Positions 60,132-64,000 of a DNA stretch of 64,000 nt are shown here, in pieces. Origin of the DNA: Trichosphaerium sp. ATCC 40318 (taxonomy: Eukaryota; Protista; Tubulinea); contig JALMLS010000155.1 of assembly GCA_038496445.1 (NCBI GenBank), forward strand, positions 158,064 through 222,063, in the 5' to 3' direction. The notes under the pieces are model-generated. The model was not told where the DNA came from. It did no database searches and worked only from the letters and a program-made list of their open reading frames with translations. Position numbers and translations under genes: made by a program. Position 1 is the stretch's first letter. Every line of letters begins with the position of its first letter.

Positions 60132-61451
60132 ATGTCAGAAGCTACAGCAGAACAAACGCCAGAAGAATTGCGCGCACAGTTACAGGAGTATGATGAAGAA
60201 CTGCGACTCGTGGAAGAAGCCTTAGAAGATGATAAAGACAATAAGGAACTAAAAGAAACCCGAAATACGCTTTTAGAGTTTGTTAATCTCACAAAAGACA
60301 TTTTACGGGCTACAGAGCCACAGGAGGATAAAAAGGATACTAAAAAACCAGCGGAAAAGGCTGAAACGCTCAAATATGCGCTTGCGAGAGGCCTTGGCAT
60401 TGGTACAGAATGCCACGCGCGGTATAGGTGCGATTAGCTCCAACGTGAATTTCCAAAGCGTTCTCTTGTGAATACTGACTGTACACAGTGATGGTAAATG
60501 GTATAAGGCGACCATAGATGATATTACGGGTGCGAAGATGTGTTTTTTTTTTATTTGCTGAAAAAAACAACCGGTTCATGTTGCGTTGTATTTTTTTGGG
60601 CGCTTTTTTTTTTCCAAGGCCTGTGCATAAAAATTGAAACAATCTCTTTGACATGGGCGTGTAAATAAATTTGCCTGAATATCTTGGATTTCAAAAACCG
60701 ACTTACCAATTCTCGTTGCTAGACACTGGGTTTGAAATAACCTTTCAAGACTATGCGGAATCTACAGAAGTGACGATGGAGAATATAAGAAAGCACGAGC
60801 TTATTGCCACAGGCAAACGTAAACGTGTTGTAGAACCTTCTGAAGGTGATGGTATTCAGTTGGCGATTCCTGACAGGCTCAAGATACAACCAAATGACTC
60901 AGAGCAGGTAAGAAAACGCAAAAAGCGTGAGAAGAAAACCATAAAACAAAACAACAAACGAAGGTACACTTTCTCCTCCAAGTTTTTTACCATCTTTTTG
61001 CCACCCTTCTTGCCTTCATTTTTTTATCATTATTATTTTTTTGACTACGGCAAGCACATCGTTGTTTTGTTAAGTAGTTACGTACCTACCACCAAGGTCA
61101 AAAACAAAGAAGCATTATTGAATTCATTATTCAGGGTTCAAGAGGCTGAGAGGAATGCAAGCAAAAAGAGTTGGCAAAATTTTGTAAAGAAACAAAAGCG
61201 AAAAACAGGTTTTATGACTAATGTCAAGAGAAGCTCGCAATTTTCAACACCTGAAGGCGCAGGAAAGGTAACTGCTAACGAGTAAAAGGGTATTCAATCA
61301 ATTAACTTGCTCGTTGTAGGTTGGCGTGGTAAATGCTGGGAAGGGAATGACTAAAAATCGCGAGACATTGTACACCCCAAAAGCGATAACCACAATGCCT
61401 CCAGGTTGGAAACCAAAACAATCGCGTAGGCGTAGCAGGGATCGGTATTAG
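60132..61451 (+). CDS. SMNDC1: Splicing factor SPF30/SMNDC1 (Tudor domain)
   Basis: LQEYDEELRLVEEAL, CHARYSDGKWYKATI..ITFQDY (Tudor), IPDRLKIQPND, KKSWQNF, STPEGAGKVGVVNAGKGMT. Confidence 0.88.
60964..61134 (+). repeat. 171-nt SPF30 intron; copy A of an inverted repeat pair
   Basis: GTACAC...TTCAG; removal restores NNKRR|VQEAER; matches the reverse complement of 62623-62786. Confidence 0.92.
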
Positions 61452-61659
61452 AGGTAGAGACTGTGATCACAACCCAAACACTTGTAACAAAAAATTCCAA
61501 AAATTTAATTAAAAAAATGTAACATTTGTGATGCAAACGTGGTTCTTCGTGGGTGCGTAGGCTACATCTAATTCGCCCACGGATTGATAAAAATTGAAAA
61601 GCGTAACGTTAAGTCGGACTACTGCTGAACTTTATCACTTTTAGCGTTGCCATTCCACT

Positions 61660-62979
61660 ATGAAGGTGTGGTGGCGCGAGACCATTGTTGGCGAGACTGT
61701 TACACACGGTCTCGCCAAAAAATTACGCGTATTAACGCTTGATGATTGGTATTCTGTGTCACAACGACGATTTTCAATTGAAGGGAGGACCGTAATCAAG
61801 TACGCTTGTTTAAGAGGGCTTCAATTATTTGTACACGCGTGTGCGGTTTAACAGATATTTTAGCCATTACAAGACGCTGCCGAGAGCACTGAGACATATA
61901 TATCCGCACTACAATTGGCGCACACAAAAATTTAGGTACGCAGGCGTTTTTCGATGTTGTTGGTAGTGTTGCTGGCATACAGGCTCACAGGTGTTTATCA
62001 TTCGAGTAGGCGAGTGCCTCAAAATCACTGGGGTAGCTCAAAAAACCATCGGACGGCCTGGGACAGCGCAGCCGCAGAACTGGGCGTCAAGGTTGCTACT
62101 GACTGGCTCGGTGTATCGGGCAAGCAGATGGAAGAAGCAGGTATTATGGGCCTAATAGCATTGCAGTACGTTGGAGGTCACGTGATTAGTTAAATTGGGA
62201 AGGCCTTTTGTAACAGAAAAGCTGAAAAAACCCCCCAAACCACAGTGTCACACGTGCACTCGTGTATAAAGCGTAGTATTCATGCGGTCTGATAGGTTTG
62301 GCGGATCTTTACACAAAGCAGTTGTAAGCATGCATCCAGAATACAAGTGGCCGCAGTTCAAATATCCTTCTGGTCATTGGGAAAATCTCTCAAATCAGAG
62401 AAAAGCGTTTGATAGCAAGGCAGCAGAGTTAGGTTTAACCACATTTGATATGTGGTATGATTATGGTGTCCGTAAAGTGCGTGATCTTGGAAGTGTATTG
62501 GCACTCAAGTATGTTTGGCAGCCTGAATGGCTGGTTAGTATTCGCATTATAGCAAGCTTATTTGTTTTTTTAGGTAAACTGTTCCATTGCATTGGCATTA
62601 CATTCAATCTATCCAGAGCATCCTGAATAATGAATTAAACAAAGGCACCTTTGTTTTTGACCTTGATGTTAGGTACGTAACTACTTAACAAAACAACGAT
62701 GTGCTTGCCGTAGTCAAACTAAACATAAAAAAATGAAGGCAAGAAGGGTGGCAAAAAGATGGTAAAAAACTCAGGAGAAAGTGTAGCGCTTCGTGCTGGT
62801 GGTTTATTGCCATATTACCCAGCTTTATTGAAGCACATTTATCCTCAATTCAACTTTAATTGGCAAGCTTTTGGCCAAGCCCATAAAAAATCAGAACAAC
62901 AGTACATAATTATTTGGCACATTTTCCATTAATTTTATGTAGTGTATTGTTGCAATTAACACAACAATTGTTTAAATGA
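61660..62979 (+). pseudogene. Repeat protein gene (DWY..V / YPxxxW..F..P..HW..N.R repeats), apparently disrupted in its 3' half
   Basis: Three to four ~65-aa repeats; apparent frameshift/stop at ~62575, stop TAA at 62628 inside an insertion, repeat frame resumes at ~62789, ends at the AT-rich boundary. Confidence 0.6.
62623..62786 (-). repeat. Inverted copy B of the SPF30 intron
   Basis: Two blocks of ~47-48 nt are exact reverse complements of copy A. Confidence 0.92.
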
Positions 62980-63357
62980 CAAATATTGGCAAATGTACTA
63001 TAAATATTGTAAATTATAACAAATATCTATCAACTCATAATAACAGAAATTACAAAAAATAATAGGATTGGTTATGTTAAAATAAGTTAAATAACTAATA
63101 GTTTTGTCAATTTTTAACTAAAATATACAGTAAAGTAAAACAAATATTACAAATAATACATGATAAAGTCAAATAATTATAAAAGTGTACAAAACCACAA
63201 ATATAAGACAAAAACATTACACACTCAAAAATTCCATAAAGCCTTTCAATGTAACCCTAGCACTAGCTGAAAATAATATAATTTAAATAAATCTTTAAAC
63301 TTTACCTTAATAAAAAAATAAGTGATATTATCATAAATCAATCAATTTAAAGTAAGG
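62980..63357. other. Extremely AT-rich, G-poor non-coding tract at the subtelomeric boundary
   Basis: Abrupt composition change, no ORFs. Confidence 0.75.
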
Positions 63358-63490
63358 CCCTAACCCTAATACAACTTAGGGTTGTAAACCTAACCCTAAC
63401 CCTAATAGAATCATCACAAATAAGCCCTAACCCTAATCCACAATAATATCAATTAGGGTTATACCCTAAAATCCAATTAGGGTTAGGGAC
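63358..63490. repeat. Short telomere-type CCCTAA/TTAGGG arrays in mixed orientation
   Basis: CCCTAACCCTAA at 63358, 63394 and 63425; TTAGGG at 63376, 63453 and 63477. Confidence 0.85.
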
Positions 63491-63921
63491 TATGTGATTT
63501 TTATTCGCCGAATATCGTCCTGTACGGGCCATCGCGGGTAGGTGCAGAAATGCCAAAGACATTTTTGTGCTTGAATTAATATGGTGCTTCATCCTATACT
63601 ATGTTGTATTAAATACACACATAAAATTATGCTAGGGTTGTGTTGACATTGGGTATTTTTTTCCTTACAAGTTTACAATTGACTACTATTGAGCTAGGGT
63701 TAGGGACTATGTGATTTTTATTCGCCGAATATCGTCCTGTACGGGCCATCACGGGTAGGTGCAGAAATGCCAAAGACATTTTTGTGCTTGAATTAATATG
63801 GCGCTTCATCCTATACTATGTTGCATTAAATACACACATAAAATTATGCTAGGGTTGTGTTGACATTGTGTATTTTTTTCCTTACAAGTTTACAATTGAC
63901 TACTTTGAGCTAGGGTTAGGG
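63478..63921 (+). repeat. Subtelomeric tandem repeat, ~217-bp unit, two near-identical copies followed by a degenerate partial copy
   Basis: GGACTATGTGATTTTTATTCGCCG at 63487 and 63704; units are punctuated by TAGGGTTAGGG. Confidence 0.92.
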
Positions 63922-64000
63922 CTAGGGTTGAGTTGACATAAGTTTTTTTTTTTTTACAAGTTACATTACTGATAATTATTTTATCCAAGGGCCATCACTA

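Noticed and set aside
63627-63809. 60-aa ORF in the subtelomeric repeat
   Set aside because: Lies within the satellite unit with no protein features; likely chance.
1-64000. Alternative genetic code or stop-codon readthrough, suggested by the fragmented ORF track
   Set aside because: In the conserved genes examined, stops fall inside short introns and the standard code gives intact motifs.
1-64000. tRNA, rRNA, CRISPR arrays, transposase or reverse-transcriptase ORFs
   Set aside because: None recognised by eye; a covariance-model scan would be needed to exclude small RNAs.

Overview
A 64 kb stretch of a compact, AT-rich, intron-dense eukaryotic nuclear genome. An amoebozoan-like protist is inferred from gene content and intron style but cannot be proven from the window. 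It holds about 30 tightly packed protein-coding genes, most split by 40-80 nt GT-AG introns (dominant donor GTACGT/GTAAGT/GTATGT), and ends in an AT-rich subtelomere-like region with TTAGGG/CCCTAA repeats and a ~217 bp tandem unit. Recognisable genes: G-alpha, SPT5, a USP9/24/34-type deubiquitinase, BKACE/DUF849, REV7, NBS1-like, SmB, ACBP, p24-alpha, cytosolic LeuRS, an EEP/TDP2-like nuclease, NDUFB11, an SDR, VPS20, RAD52 and SPF30. Most notable observations: (1) a whole SPF30 intron recurs as an inverted, ~85-90% identical copy inside the neighbouring decaying gene, with homology ending at or near the splice sites; (2) five candidate minor (U12-type) introns with a relaxed GTATCC donor; (3) an intronless heliorhodopsin with its motifs intact; (4) unusual architectures: a CaaX-tailed VAMP7-like longin, an F-box/Arf-like pseudoGTPase/CaaX protein, PH-TIPE and MRH-TM-SAM. 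Gene models were assembled by eye, CDS coordinates span introns, and no database search was run.
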